Assembly: GCA_043806935.1 (NCBI GenBank)
Contig: JAZDGP010000004.1
Location: forward strand, 1-43,833
DNA from: a bacterium
GTDB taxonomy: Bacteria > Patescibacteriota > Patescibacteriia > JAZDGP01
Length of the DNA: 43,833 nucleotides
Direction: 5' to 3'
Below are positions 1 to 9,892 of this stretch, piece after piece. A program made the position numbers and the translations under genes. The number at the start of each line of letters is the position of its first letter. Positions within the stretch are counted from its first letter, which is position 1. The notes under the pieces are model-generated. The model did no database searches, was not told the DNA's origin, and worked only from the letters and a program-made list of their open reading frames with translations.

Positions 1-95
1 ACCAAGTATACGCCGTTTACCGGCGTTTTAAGTTATAAAAAATTGGGAGCATGACCCAGTGGAAATAGCGCGGTAGAAAGAAAGTAAAACAAAGA

Positions 96-2273
96 CTAAG
101 AATTGTTTTTACATTCCTTATTAGAACACACTGTCGTGTCATTCTTCCCGTAGACCATTAAACTTTGGCATAGACTGCATTTTTCTCCAGTAGGCTTTGA
201 CCACAAAGCGAATTCGCAGTCTGGATAGCGATTGCATGAATAGAATAGCCTTCCGCCTTTCTTAGATCGTCTTTGCACTAATTCTCCCTTTTCGCACTTA
301 GGGCACTTTACTCCAGTGCCTTTCTCCACCTTCTTGATATTCTTGCACTCTGGATAGCCAGAACACCCCAAGAATATTCCAAACCTGCCTCGTTTCACTA
401 CCATTGGCTTGCCGCATTTATCGCAAGCTGGAGCGTCTTTTAACGCTTCTGCTTGCGCTACAGCTTCTTTGCCATACGGCTTGGTAGTCTTGCACTCAGG
501 ATAGTTGGTGCACGCTAGGAATTTGCCAAACCGTCCCAGTTTCAACACCATGGGGCTACCGCACTTAGGGCACTTTTCGTCAGTAGTCTCTTCAGTCAAC
601 TGTTTCTTATCCACTGTTTCGTACTTTGCAGTTAAGTTTTTCTTAAACGGCTTGTAGAATCCGTCAATGACTGGCACCCATTCTTTTTTCCCTTCAGCAA
701 TTTCATCCAGATCGTCTTCCAGCTTAGCAGTGAATCCGTAGTCCACGATCTCTGGAAAATTCTCCACCAAGAGATCATTGACTAGCATTCCCACTTCAGT
801 AGGCTGCAGACGTTTATCTTCCAGCCGTTTCTCCACGTACCCTCTCTCAATGATCGTGGAAATGGTAGGAGCGTATGTGGAAGGACGCCCAATGCCAAGT
901 TCTTCTAACACTTTGACAAGTCCTGCTTCTGAATAACGGGCAGGAGGTTCCGTAAAGTGCTGGAGAGGAGTGATGGTTTGGAGAGGAAGTGATTGTCCTT
1001 CCTTGACGTCAGGCAAAAGCACGTCGTCACGGCTGTCTGGATAGACTGCCAGCCAGCCTTGGAATTTAACTGTTGATCCAGTTGCTTTAAAGACTCCTGT
1101 TTCTTTCCCGTCATTTATAACAATTGACTTGCTAATGAACTCTGCGTCAGCCATTTGGCAAGCCATTGCTCGTTGCCAGATCAGGTCATACAGCTTTCTA
1201 GCCGCTGGTTCAGTGTCCATGAGATCACTGCCGTGTTTGGTTACATCAGTAGGGCGTATAGCTTCATGCGCTTCCTGCGCCAATTTATTCTTAGAAACGT
1301 ATTTTCTCCAGCCAGCATGGTAATTCTTTCCATATTCCTTTGTAATAAATCCTTGAGCTTCCACTAGGAATTTATCCGCCAGGTTGACTGAATCAGTGCG
1401 CATGTAAGTGATGTGGCCACGCTCATACAAATGCTGGGCGTGCATCATTGTCTGCTTGACTGACATTCCGAGCCTTCTGTTAGCTTCCTGCTGCAATGTG
1501 GAAGTGGTAAATGGAGGATAAGGAGAGCGTTTGGTTTCTTTGGATTCAATGGAAGCAACGTTGTAGGAGAGCGGCTGGAGAGTGTTTACAATCTGTTCTG
1601 CTTGGTCTTTGGCTTTAATGGAAAACTTTTCTAATGTTTTTTCTTGGTAGGCAGTGAGTTTGGCTTTTAACGTTTCCTTATCTCCAAAATCAGCTTCAAT
1701 AGTCCAATACTCTTCCGGCTTAAATTCCTTGATCTCCCGTTCTCTCTCCACAACCAATCTTACAGTTACTGACTGCACCCGTCCCGCGGACAATCCGCGG
1801 TATACCTTTTTCCACAGGAAAGGAGAGAGTTCGTAGCCTACAAGGCGGTCAAGCACGCGTCTGGCTTGCTGGGCGTCTACCAAATTGTCATCTATCTGGC
1901 GTGGATGCGTTAACGCGTGTTCAATGGCAGTCTTAGTAATCTCGTGGAAAGTGATCCGCTTTGCTTCCTTTATTCCCAGCACTTCCTGTAAATGCCAGGC
2001 AATAGCTTCTCCTTCACGGTCTTCATCAGTGGCTAAATAGACATCTTCCGCTTTCTTGGCAAGCGACTGTAATTCTTTGACATGCTCTTTGGCTTTTGGA
2101 GGTATGACATAGCTTGGCTCGTAATGATTGGCAGTATCCACTCCCATCTTCCGTTCCGGCAGATCCCTTACATGCCCAAAGGAAGAAGCGACCGCGTAGC
2201 CGCTGCCTAAGAATTTTGAAATGGTTTTCGCCTTAGTTGGCGATTCCACGATGACTAGATTTGTTTTTGCCAT
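96..2273 (-). CDS. topA: DNA topoisomerase I (type IA) with C-terminal C4 zinc ribbons
   Basis: TOPRIM motifs VIVESPTK and ATDEDREGE, SAGRVQS, catalytic ITYMRTD, repeated CPKCG ribbons. Confidence 0.98.
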   Translation of the reverse strand: MAKTNLVIVESPTKAKTISKFLGSGYAVASSFGHVRDLPERKMGVDTANHYEPSYVIPPKAKEHVKELQSLAKKAEDVYLATDEDREGEAIAWHLQEVLGIKEAKRITFHEITKTAIEHALTHPRQIDDNLVDAQQARRVLDRLVGYELSPFLWKKVYRGLSAGRVQSVTVRLVVEREREIKEFKPEEYWTIEADFGDKETLKAKLTAYQEKTLEKFSIKAKDQAEQIVNTLQPLSYNVASIESKETKRSPYPPFTTSTLQQEANRRLGMSVKQTMMHAQHLYERGHITYMRTDSVNLADKFLVEAQGFITKEYGKNYHAGWRKYVSKNKLAQEAHEAIRPTDVTKHGSDLMDTEPAARKLYDLIWQRAMACQMADAEFISKSIVINDGKETGVFKATGSTVKFQGWLAVYPDSRDDVLLPDVKEGQSLPLQTITPLQHFTEPPARYSEAGLVKVLEELGIGRPSTYAPTISTIIERGYVEKRLEDKRLQPTEVGMLVNDLLVENFPEIVDYGFTAKLEDDLDEIAEGKKEWVPVIDGFYKPFKKNLTAKYETVDKKQLTEETTDEKCPKCGSPMVLKLGRFGKFLACTNYPECKTTKPYGKEAVAQAEALKDAPACDKCGKPMVVKRGRFGIFLGCSGYPECKNIKKVEKGTGVKCPKCEKGELVQRRSKKGGRLFYSCNRYPDCEFALWSKPTGEKCSLCQSLMVYGKNDTTVCSNKECKNNS

Positions 2274-2288
2274 TGACGCTAATGTTTC

Positions 2289-3197
2289 TTAAGCTACAGC
2301 ATTGTGAAAAGTCTTGTCAAATAGGGGAGAGGAATAGAGGATGGAAATAACGTCGTCAATGCTGGAGCATACGACTGCTCCTTGTGACAATAATCTGTTT
2401 GTTCCCATTGATTGCGGAGACAGAATGGAGCCAGGCACAGCCAATACTTCACGGTTAGCTTCCAATGCCAGATTTGCCGTGATAAAGGTCCCTGATTTTA
2501 ATCCAGCTTCCACCACAATGGTAGCCAGTGACAATCCTGCGATGATACGGTTGCGTTCTGGGAAGGTGTAGTCAGTGGGATGGGCAAAAGGAACATATTC
2601 GCTAATTATTAACCCCCCGCTCTTTATAATCTCCTTGGTTAACTGCTCATTGGCTCTTGGGTATATTCTGCAAAGTCCGCTTCCAAGCACGGCAATTGTT
2701 TTTCCTTGCTTGGCAATGGCTGTCCTGTGGGCAGTACTATCAATACCAATTGCTAAGCCAGACACTGTTGTGATGCTGTGTTTAGATAAAGCTGTTACCA
2801 GCTCTTCAGTGACTGTGGTGCCGTAACGGCTTGGAGCTCTAGTGCCTACTACAGCCACCATGGGAGTGGAGAGAACTGAAATGTCTCCTTCAGTGAACAG
2901 AAAGGCAGGTGGATCTGGAGATTGTTTTAAGAGCAAAGGATAGCGTCCATCGTCATAAGGGATGAAACGATGCTTGCGCATGAATGCTGATTTGAACCGT
3001 TCCAGCTTAATTCTTGGTTTCCATTCTTGGAAGAGTTTTACGGCGTGTGGAGAAAAGCCTTTTGCAAGCCAGTCGTTTGCTGGAGCATGCCATGCTATTT
3101 CTAGATCTCCGTAGCTCTCTAAAAGATGGATAATCGTCACCCTGCCAAAACCAGGTATGGAATTAAAGGCTAAATAGTAGATATATTTTGTAGGCAT
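2289..3197 (-). CDS. dprA: DNA-processing protein DprA
   Basis: VAVVGTR, SGLAIGID, FPERNRIIAGLS, VVEAGLKSGT motifs; usual dprA-topA order. Confidence 0.96.
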   Translation of the reverse strand: MPTKYIYYLAFNSIPGFGRVTIIHLLESYGDLEIAWHAPANDWLAKGFSPHAVKLFQEWKPRIKLERFKSAFMRKHRFIPYDDGRYPLLLKQSPDPPAFLFTEGDISVLSTPMVAVVGTRAPSRYGTTVTEELVTALSKHSITTVSGLAIGIDSTAHRTAIAKQGKTIAVLGSGLCRIYPRANEQLTKEIIKSGGLIISEYVPFAHPTDYTFPERNRIIAGLSLATIVVEAGLKSGTFITANLALEANREVLAVPGSILSPQSMGTNRLLSQGAVVCSSIDDVISILYSSPLFDKTFHNAVA

Positions 3198-3225
3198 TGA
3201 CTTATTGTTAATAGTATGATAAGAT
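3197..3225 (+). promoter_or_regulatory. sigma70-type promoter TTGACT-17-(TGa)TAAGAT
   Basis: consensus match; the -35 overlaps the dprA start codon on the opposite strand. Confidence 0.6.
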
Positions 3226-3324
3226 GTAAATAATATAGAAACTTGTAATAACCCTCCTTTCTAGCAAAGAGCAAAAACGTACTTTTTGCAAAGAAAGGAA
3301 TTAACAACATTAGGAGGTAGCTTT

Positions 3325-3531
3325 ATGCCTATTAGTTTGGGAAAATTGGAAGAAATTTTTCCACTAGATATGATTGATTCTAGTGGTAAAATTATTGACC
3401 CGCCAGATTATTCTGGCTTCAGGGGTCAGCCAAAGAATTTATTTAAACAGAATTTTTTCTTCAGTTATATGCTCTGCCCAAGATGTGGTGCAGGGCTTAG
3501 GAGGGGGGAAGTATGTGGTAATTGTCATTAA
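3325..3531 (+). CDS. 68-aa orphan with C-terminal CxxC...CxxC zinc ribbon
   Basis: AGGAGG at 3312-3317 before ATG 3325; ends CPRCG...CGNCH; terminator follows. Confidence 0.7.
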   Translation: MPISLGKLEEIFPLDMIDSSGKIIDPPDYSGFRGQPKNLFKQNFFFSYMLCPRCGAGLRRGEVCGNCH

Positions 3532-3538
3532 TTTGTAA

Positions 3539-3575
3539 AGGCCCCTCTGTCAAAAGCGACGGCGGGGTTTGTTGT
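3539..3575 (+). terminator. intrinsic terminator
   Basis: GGCCCC..TGTC/GACG..GGGGTT imperfect stem plus T-rich tail. Confidence 0.55.
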
Positions 3576-3662
3576 TAATAAGTTTTATTTAGTAGAAAAG
3601 TTTTTAGTATTTTTCCTCTTGACCGGAAATAAATTTAGCGCTAAGTTAATTGTACAAAGCAT

Positions 3663-3989
3663 ATGTTTGAAATATTTCACAAATTATTTCGGTTCCTGTT
3701 TCCACACAGCAATCCAATAGACATCAAACGGCGGTATGGGCTGCCAGATGGTTTATCTATCCATATAAAGATGACCAACGATGGTTGGTTGGTGGCTACT
3801 GCTCCTGATCTTCCGGGATTGGTCACTCAAGCTCGGAATCGCGTTGAATTGCTGGAAATGGTCAATGACGCCGTATTGACGTATTTTGACGTGCCGAAAC
3901 GGGAAGCTGATGTTGTCTATGACCAATTGTTGTCTGAAGACGGGCAACTGGTAGAGTACCGGAGCAAACTACAGACCCGCACGACTTAA
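3663..3989 (+). CDS. hicB: HicB-like antitoxin
   Basis: GWLVATAPDLPGLVTQARNRVELLEMVNDAV matches the HicB partial RNase H fold pattern. Confidence 0.75.
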   Translation: MFEIFHKLFRFLFPHSNPIDIKRRYGLPDGLSIHIKMTNDGWLVATAPDLPGLVTQARNRVELLEMVNDAVLTYFDVPKREADVVYDQLLSEDGQLVEYRSKLQTRTT

Positions 3990-4000
3990 CTTCCATCACT

Positions 4001-4258
4001 ATGGGAGAGACTAATTTCAACCGACGGCAATGTCTGCGGGCATTGCGTAGGCTTGGCTTTACGATTACTCATGCTCGTCATGGTCGTCATGATAAATATT
4101 ACCCGTCACTGGAGATTAGTCGTGGGTTAAGCGGCCAACAGTCAAAGTTTATTATGATTCCGCGCCATAATGAATTACGGTGTCAGTCTGAGATTCTGCA
4201 AGAGTTGCGGCAGATGGGTGGCGATCGTTTGGTTGCTAATTTTACGCAGTCTCTCTAA
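4001..4258 (+). CDS. hicA: HicA-like mRNA interferase toxin
   Basis: LRRLGF...HGRH...IPRH pattern, basic 85 aa, adjacent to HicB-like gene. Confidence 0.7.
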   Translation: MGETNFNRRQCLRALRRLGFTITHARHGRHDKYYPSLEISRGLSGQQSKFIMIPRHNELRCQSEILQELRQMGGDRLVANFTQSL

Positions 4259-4294
4259 TTTTATTTTGTTTCATTATAGTAGTATAATTTCCTT

Positions 4295-4546
4295 ATGAAA
4301 TTAAACAAACTAGGTTATTTAGGATTGTTGGGTTTTTTGGGAATTTGGGGATATTGGGTTCCTAATAAATTGCCGTTGTTTTATTTATTCTCTTTGTTTC
4401 TTTTAATGTTTTTGCCTGACTTTGGGCATTGCCGCCGTGGTTGTCTGCCATGCCACAGTAAACATTGCGTTTGCCAAACCGGCCAGTCTTGTGATTGCCA
4501 TTGCTGCGTTAAGGCAGTTAAAGATGAAAGTACTGTTTCTAAGTAG
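4295..4546 (+). CDS. small membrane protein with Cys/His-rich tail
   Basis: hydrophobic N-half then HCRRGCLPCHSKHCVCQTGQSCDCHCC; TATAAT 6 nt before ATG. Confidence 0.65.
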   Translation: MKLNKLGYLGLLGFLGIWGYWVPNKLPLFYLFSLFLLMFLPDFGHCRRGCLPCHSKHCVCQTGQSCDCHCCVKAVKDESTVSK

Positions 4547-4664
4547 TTGTTAGTTCTTGAATGATCGGCGCGTGAGTGTTGACAATACGTTTTAGACAGA
4601 TTAGGGTTAGGCCAAGAGTACAGCAAAGCAATGTCTTTGCTGGAATAACCAAGGAGGAATAGCT

Positions 4665-4856
4665 ATGAAACCATTTAACAGTTTATGGGAAAAATTGTCT
4701 TACGCCATTGTTTGTGGCTGGCATTCTTTTGCCAATAATAAAATCGTCAGGATCATTTGGGGTTGTTTGCTAGTAATTTTCGTGATGATCATCGGATGTA
4801 TAGTTGTTATTATCGCGTTAGGTGTTACTGTTAAGGATATAGTATTGGAAAGTTAA
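4665..4856 (+). CDS. 63-aa single-TM orphan
   Basis: TTGACA near 4579, AAGGAGG SD, long hydrophobic segment, terminator downstream. Confidence 0.7.
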   Translation: MKPFNSLWEKLSYAIVCGWHSFANNKIVRIIWGCLLVIFVMIIGCIVVIIALGVTVKDIVLES

Positions 4857-4924
4857 TACAAAAAGATGCCAATAACGATGGAATATGAAGATTGATATTT
4901 AAGGACGAAATGGTTCTTATTTTT

Positions 4925-4958
4925 AACAGCTGGTATAAATTTTACCAGCTGTTTTGTT
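4925..4958 (+). terminator. intrinsic terminator
   Basis: AACAGCTGGTA/TACCAGCTGTT stem plus T-tract. Confidence 0.7.
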
Positions 4959-4987
4959 TACTCTCTTAATTGTGAGATAATAAAAGC

Positions 4988-6406
4988 ATGATTCGTTTTG
5001 TTTCTTTAATGTTCGTTCTTTTTTTGCTTGCTCCATCTGTTAGAGCGGCTAATAGCCCTCTATCCGTTTCCTTTACAGGCTCGTCCAGCTTCAAGATCGG
5101 ACAGCAATGGAACCCAATGGATAAAGGAGTAGTCAATATGGAGCTTGTAAATACAAGTTCATCTACAATACAGAATATTACATGGTATTGGGCTATTATC
5201 CGTCCTGCTTATGTTTATTTTGAGCCAGTAGACGCTTTATACTTCTGCAGCGGCAGTTACCGCTTGGATGCTTTGGGACGTGGAGAAAGAAGGCGGTGGC
5301 CTTTAGCTTCCAACTGCCCTGTATTTTCAGCCAGCGGACCTTATACATTGACCAGTACTGTCGTGTCTTCTGACTTCAGCAAGGAGTTTAAGACAACGAT
5401 TACTGTCAGTCCGTCTTTTACAGCCAATGATTTGAAATTCTTTGGATCAGTGACAGTTAATCCTCCGCGACAGCCTATTAGGACTGGGGAGAGTATTAAC
5501 TTCGCGCAACGGTTTGATTTCCAGCCTTTGTTTGAGGATGCGCAGAAAGGGAAGTTTAGGAGCGGTTTGTATAATGGGAGCGATACACGCCAGCAGATAA
5601 CTCTTGATTTTGATCTGCTGGGTCCAGCAGGCGGATCTTTTTGCCAAGGAAGCGCTTACCCTACGATTGAGGCTAAAGGAATGATCTCTCGTATCAGCCA
5701 AGTGTTGTCTCTTTATAAGGATTGCGGAGTGATTAAACAAACAGGGAAGTGGACAGTTGTGTTGAAAGCAAAAGGAGATAAAGGAAGCGACCAGCTCAAA
5801 TCTGATATCTACGTTCTGCCTGGCAGTGAGACAGTAGGGTCAGGCAATGTTCCTGTGGGCCTTCCTTTGATCTTACAGTCTTTATCTGGCAGTAAGACAG
5901 TTTCTAAGGACAGCGACCGTGATGGAGATACTTTATCTGACTACGACGAAGTGTATGTCTGGAAGACTAATCCTGATAACCCTGACACTGATGGAGATGG
6001 CTATACGGATGGCTTGGAGGTGAGGAACCAGTACAATCCGTTGGGACCTGGCAAACTTATTCCCCGTCCAGTCTCTAAACGTTATGGCACAGTAGTCAAA
6101 ACAGCAAAAGAGATGGGAGTGTATTATGTAAGTGACGGAGTGAAGCGTGGATTCCCGTCAGCTGGAGTGTTTACCGCCTATGGATTTAAGTTCTCTGAAG
6201 TGAAAGTTGTGAGCCAGAAAGAGTTGGATAGTTACAAGACTGGCAGTATGGTTGGCTATCCAGTAGGGACAGTGGTGAAGGATAGCGACGGCAATTGGTA
6301 CAAGGTGGCTGGAGACTTGCGTTTAAAGCCAGTGAAGGGAAGTGGCGGAGTGCTTGTTAGCGACAAGGAGCTGCAGTTGTATAACGTTGATTACAGCAAA
6401 GACTAA
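4988..6406 (+). CDS. secreted/surface protein with Ca-binding DxDxDG (TSP3-like) repeats
   Basis: signal peptide; DSDRDGDTLSDYDE...DTDGDGYTDGLE motif. Confidence 0.8.
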   Translation: MIRFVSLMFVLFLLAPSVRAANSPLSVSFTGSSSFKIGQQWNPMDKGVVNMELVNTSSSTIQNITWYWAIIRPAYVYFEPVDALYFCSGSYRLDALGRGERRRWPLASNCPVFSASGPYTLTSTVVSSDFSKEFKTTITVSPSFTANDLKFFGSVTVNPPRQPIRTGESINFAQRFDFQPLFEDAQKGKFRSGLYNGSDTRQQITLDFDLLGPAGGSFCQGSAYPTIEAKGMISRISQVLSLYKDCGVIKQTGKWTVVLKAKGDKGSDQLKSDIYVLPGSETVGSGNVPVGLPLILQSLSGSKTVSKDSDRDGDTLSDYDEVYVWKTNPDNPDTDGDGYTDGLEVRNQYNPLGPGKLIPRPVSKRYGTVVKTAKEMGVYYVSDGVKRGFPSAGVFTAYGFKFSEVKVVSQKELDSYKTGSMVGYPVGTVVKDSDGNWYKVAGDLRLKPVKGSGGVLVSDKELQLYNVDYSKD

Positions 6407-6412
6407 TCGTTT

Positions 6413-7303
6413 TTATCTTATTTTTATAATCAGATCCTTATTTTTATTTGTAAGGGTTATTTGTTTGTTATCATGAATGGACAAAGAAGCGTAAAGGCCA
6501 TCATTGTCCAGCAATCTGTAGATCATAGGCTGTCCTAACGGATCTTGAGTTTCAACAGCTAATAGAGCTTCTTTGGTCAGCAATAGAACATAAGGGCTGT
6601 CTGGCAACCACACACCGTCTATTAAAAGATCTCCAGATCTCCAAACAGCAGATAGGCTTTGGGCAGAAGGATCATACGTACCAGCGCGGTGGTCGCTCAT
6701 GACCAGCAGTAAGCCTTTATCAGACCAAATTGCTTTTCTGATCATTTCTGGCCAGCAGAACTGTTGGTTATTGCCGTCAGAAGCGGATAACAACAAACAG
6801 TTTTTGTTCGCGCTGATATATAGCTGGTATTTTTCATTACCCTGTCCGTCAAAATGCTTATAACCAGGATAGCTTTTAATAGTTATTTCCTTTTGCGGTT
6901 CACTCTCTTTTTTTACAGTGGCAGTTATTGCCATTAAGTCAGGGCTCTGTTTTGGATCTTTGAGCAATACGATCTTGTTAAACCGTTTGGCAGTTCCAGG
7001 CAGTATAGAAATTTTTTTCTTCCATGGAAAATACCCTTCTTTTTTTAATTCAACTTCATACGTACCGCCGGATAAGCTGTAGTCATACCACGGAGTTGAA
7101 TCTTTTACCTGTTTGCCGTCCACCAAGACTATTACGTCTTTAGGATCGCTTATAAGTTCAAGAGCCGCTGTTTTAGTCACTTTCCCGTTCTTAATTTCAT
7201 ATCTGTAGCCAGAAGCGTATAGAATGACTAATGGTCCTGACACCAGGAAGGCGACTACGAAGGAAGCTGCTAAGAGCCTACGATGCGCGAGGTTAAAAGC
7301 CAT
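6413..7303 (-). CDS. PEGA-domain membrane-anchored protein
   Basis: N-terminal TM, ASGYRY, SDPKDVIVLVDG...GTYEVELKKEGYFPWKK. Confidence 0.8.
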   Translation of the reverse strand: MAFNLAHRRLLAASFVVAFLVSGPLVILYASGYRYEIKNGKVTKTAALELISDPKDVIVLVDGKQVKDSTPWYDYSLSGGTYEVELKKEGYFPWKKKISILPGTAKRFNKIVLLKDPKQSPDLMAITATVKKESEPQKEITIKSYPGYKHFDGQGNEKYQLYISANKNCLLLSASDGNNQQFCWPEMIRKAIWSDKGLLLVMSDHRAGTYDPSAQSLSAVWRSGDLLIDGVWLPDSPYVLLLTKEALLAVETQDPLGQPMIYRLLDNDGLYASLSIHDNKQITLTNKNKDLIIKIR

Positions 7304-7839
7304 TACTTGACGTAGATAGTCGCTTGGAAGTCGGAGAGCTTGTCCTGGATCGGGTAGACGCCAGGTTCTTGGAATACAAAGCCATAGGATTGGTTTTGAG
7401 CGAGGGGACGTCCAGCGTCAAACTTTGGGTAGGGAAGTGATGCTGGCCAGTGGCGCGCGGTGTCAGTATTGGTGATGTTTACGCTTTGTCCACGTTCAAT
7501 AGTGATCATGGATGGCACGTATCCGCTCTTACTGATCTTGATTGCTACAGCCGGCAATTTGCTTCCTGGCAGATTGGCATTGCCTGGTGGAGGAGTAACT
7601 ACTGGTGGCACTGGCTGTATGGAAGACTGGGGGACAACAGGAGCGTTGAGGTTGGCATTAGAGAAAGCGTCTGAAGTAGGAGGAGCAGACGGTTGAGGAA
7701 CGGTTGGTGTTTTGTTAATGACTGACGGCTGGTCAATAGGGCTAGGGAGGCTGGTTTCCGTAGATGATCCACTGCCACAGCCAGTAATAAGCAAAGCTAC
7801 GGCAATAGCAACGGTTAATAATTGGATGGTGTTTTTCAT
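7303..7839 (-). CDS. lipoprotein with Pro-rich linker and cupredoxin-like domain
   Basis: lipobox LITGC; ITIERGQSVNITN...HWP...FVFQEPGVY. Confidence 0.75.
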   Translation of the reverse strand: MKNTIQLLTVAIAVALLITGCGSGSSTETSLPSPIDQPSVINKTPTVPQPSAPPTSDAFSNANLNAPVVPQSSIQPVPPVVTPPPGNANLPGSKLPAVAIKISKSGYVPSMITIERGQSVNITNTDTARHWPASLPYPKFDAGRPLAQNQSYGFVFQEPGVYPIQDKLSDFQATIYVK

Positions 7840-7893
7840 AGTGTTATGTACAGTATACCAATTGCTTTGGTAATTGGCACTTATTAAGTGTTA

Positions 7894-7922
7894 TTGACAA
7901 TCTTTGTAGGAAGTGCTAGTAT
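7894..7922 (+). promoter_or_regulatory. sigma70-type promoter TTGACA-17-(TGc)TAGTAT
   Basis: consensus match upstream of the small ORF at 8019. Confidence 0.65.
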
Positions 7923-8018
7923 ATAGGTAATAGATTTACTTTAATTTTGTTGTATAAACAGGTAAACCTCTCTAGCGCCGCGCTGGATTGATAAGCCATA
8001 AATAAGGAGAAATATACA

Positions 8019-8174
8019 ATGCCAACTGAATTGACAATTGGGGTTCAATATCTTGATCAGTGCGGAAAATTCAATGTTGGTTTTAACGAGATTGCCAACG
8101 ATAGTTGCATAGACATGTCTTGGTTTGACGAGGATTGGACCAGTCTTTGTCAACACATCGAATTTAGCAATTAG
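8019..8174 (+). CDS. 51-aa acidic orphan peptide (not in ORF track)
   Basis: TAAGGAG SD; MPTELTIGVQYLDQCGKFNVGFNEIANDSCIDMSWFDEDWTSLCQHIEFSN; own promoter and terminator. Confidence 0.65.
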   Translation: MPTELTIGVQYLDQCGKFNVGFNEIANDSCIDMSWFDEDWTSLCQHIEFSN

Positions 8175-8197
8175 TAGGGCTGGAAAATTTTACCAGC

Positions 8198-8236
8198 AAA
8201 CCGTGGGAATAAGATTTCTCACGGTTTTGTCTTTTT
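8198..8236 (+). terminator. intrinsic terminator
   Basis: AAACCGTGGGAA/TTCTCACGGTTT stem plus T-tract. Confidence 0.65.
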
Positions 8237-8321
8237 ACTTCATTGCAATTCAAATGAGAATTCGGGAAAAAGAACCACCTTTGTAAGTAGGCGGTTCTTT
8301 ACTTCTTTTAGTTCTTAATCT

Positions 8322-8341
8322 ATTATTAGTAATAATTCCTA
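8322..8341 (+). promoter_or_regulatory. Fur/PerR-type 7-1-7 operator
   Basis: TAGTAAT-A-ATTCCTA (one mismatch) overlapping perfect ATTATTA-G-TAATAAT just upstream of the Fur-family gene. Confidence 0.55.
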
Positions 8342-8352
8342 TTTAGGATTAT

Positions 8353-8745
8353 ATGCAATCTAGAATGTCCAATCAGCGCCAGTTAGTGCTGGGTTACCTG
8401 CTAACAGTACAAGACCACCCAACAGCTGAAACAGTGTACAAGGCAGTTAAAAAGAAACTGCGAAGAATTTCCTTTGGCACAGTATACCGTAATTTAGCTT
8501 CTATAAGAGACCAAGGGAAGATTTTAGAATTACGATTCAACCACGAGGAAGCGGCACGGTATGATTCAAACACTTCCTTTCATTTCCATTTTATTTGCAA
8601 AAGTTGCAAAGCTATCCATGACGTCAGCCGTTGCCCGTTGCCTACGTTGCGTAAAGGATTGGAGATTATGGGTGGGACAGTAGATAGCTATCGCCTGGAT
8701 TTCTACGGTTTGTGCAAAGACTGTTCTGTAAAAAATCATGCGTGA
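8353..8745 (+). CDS. Fur-family regulator (PerR-like)
   Basis: HPTAE, GTVYRNL, HFHFICKSC, CKDC. Confidence 0.92.
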   Translation: MQSRMSNQRQLVLGYLLTVQDHPTAETVYKAVKKKLRRISFGTVYRNLASIRDQGKILELRFNHEEAARYDSNTSFHFHFICKSCKAIHDVSRCPLPTLRKGLEIMGGTVDSYRLDFYGLCKDCSVKNHA

Positions 8746-9892
8746 ATTTATTTATTTGGATTATTCCGCTTCCACTCCGGTGGATCCAGCGGTGGTAAAG
8801 GCAATGGAGCCGTACTGGAGCGAACAGTACGGTAACGCTTCGTCTATTCATGAGATGGGAAGAACTGCTCGGATAGCTGTGGAAGACAGCAGAAAGAAAG
8901 TAGCTTGTATCTTACATTGCGATCCATTGGAAATTGTTTTTACGGCAGGCGGCACGGAGAGCGTTAATTTAGCTATTACCGGCATTGTCAGAGCTAACCA
9001 GAGGAAAGGGAAGCATATTGTTACCACTGTTATTGAGCATCACACGGCGCTTCATGCCATTAACTATTTGGAGAAAGAAGGCTGGACTGTTACATACGTG
9101 CCAGTGGATAAGAACGGCCATGTGGATCCAATGGCAGTAGTGGACATTGTGAGAGACGACACGGTCTTGGTGTCAGTCATGTACGCTAATAACGAGATTG
9201 GTACTGTACAGCCTATAACGGAAATTAGCAGATTAGTAAAAGAGAAATATCCTCAAGTCTATTTTCACACTGACGCTTGTCAAGCCCCTGGGAGCTTGCC
9301 ATTAGGAGTTAATGATCTGGGAGTGGATCTTATGTCTTTAAGCGGCAGTAAGATTTACGGGCCTAAGGGCAGCGCTGTCTTGTACGTGAAGAATGGAGTG
9401 AAGATTGATCCTATTATTCACGGAGGAGGACAAGAAAGGAATTTACGGTCTGGCACTGAAAGTGTTTCATTGATCGTAGGGTTTGCCAAAGCACTGGAGT
9501 TAATAGAAGAAAACAGAGAACAGGAAACAAAGAGATTGATGGCATTAAGAGAACGATTGGTGACTCGCGTCTTGGCCGTTGTTCCTGGTGCGGTGCTTAA
9601 TGGCCAAGGAGACGTGCTTCCCAACAAAGCTAATTTTTCTATTCCTGGAATCAATGGCAATGAGTTGGTGTTAACTTTGGACAGATACGGAATTGGATGC
9701 AGTACAGCGTCAGCTTGCTCAAGCGGAAATCCACAGCCGTCTCATGTGGTGCTGGCATTGGGAGTGCCATATGAACTGGCCCAAGGGACTGTACGGTTCA
9801 GTTTAGGCAAGGATACGACGGATGATGATATTGCCTATTTATTGGAAGTGTTGCCTAAAGCAGTGAAGGAGGTAAGGAATAAAAAAGCATGA
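8738..9892 (+). CDS. iscS: group I cysteine desulfurase (IscS/NifS-like)
   Basis: IYLDY, GNASS, SKIYGPKG, STASACSS. Confidence 0.9.
   Translation: MREFIYLDYSASTPVDPAVVKAMEPYWSEQYGNASSIHEMGRTARIAVEDSRKKVACILHCDPLEIVFTAGGTESVNLAITGIVRANQRKGKHIVTTVIEHHTALHAINYLEKEGWTVTYVPVDKNGHVDPMAVVDIVRDDTVLVSVMYANNEIGTVQPITEISRLVKEKYPQVYFHTDACQAPGSLPLGVNDLGVDLMSLSGSKIYGPKGSAVLYVKNGVKIDPIIHGGGQERNLRSGTESVSLIVGFAKALELIEENREQETKRLMALRERLVTRVLAVVPGAVLNGQGDVLPNKANFSIPGINGNELVLTLDRYGIGCSTASACSSGNPQPSHVVLALGVPYELAQGTVRFSLGKDTTDDDIAYLLEVLPKAVKEVRNKKA

Noticed and set aside
7941-8156. 71-aa minus-strand ORF
   Set aside because: The plus-strand ORF 8019-8174 has the promoter, SD and terminator
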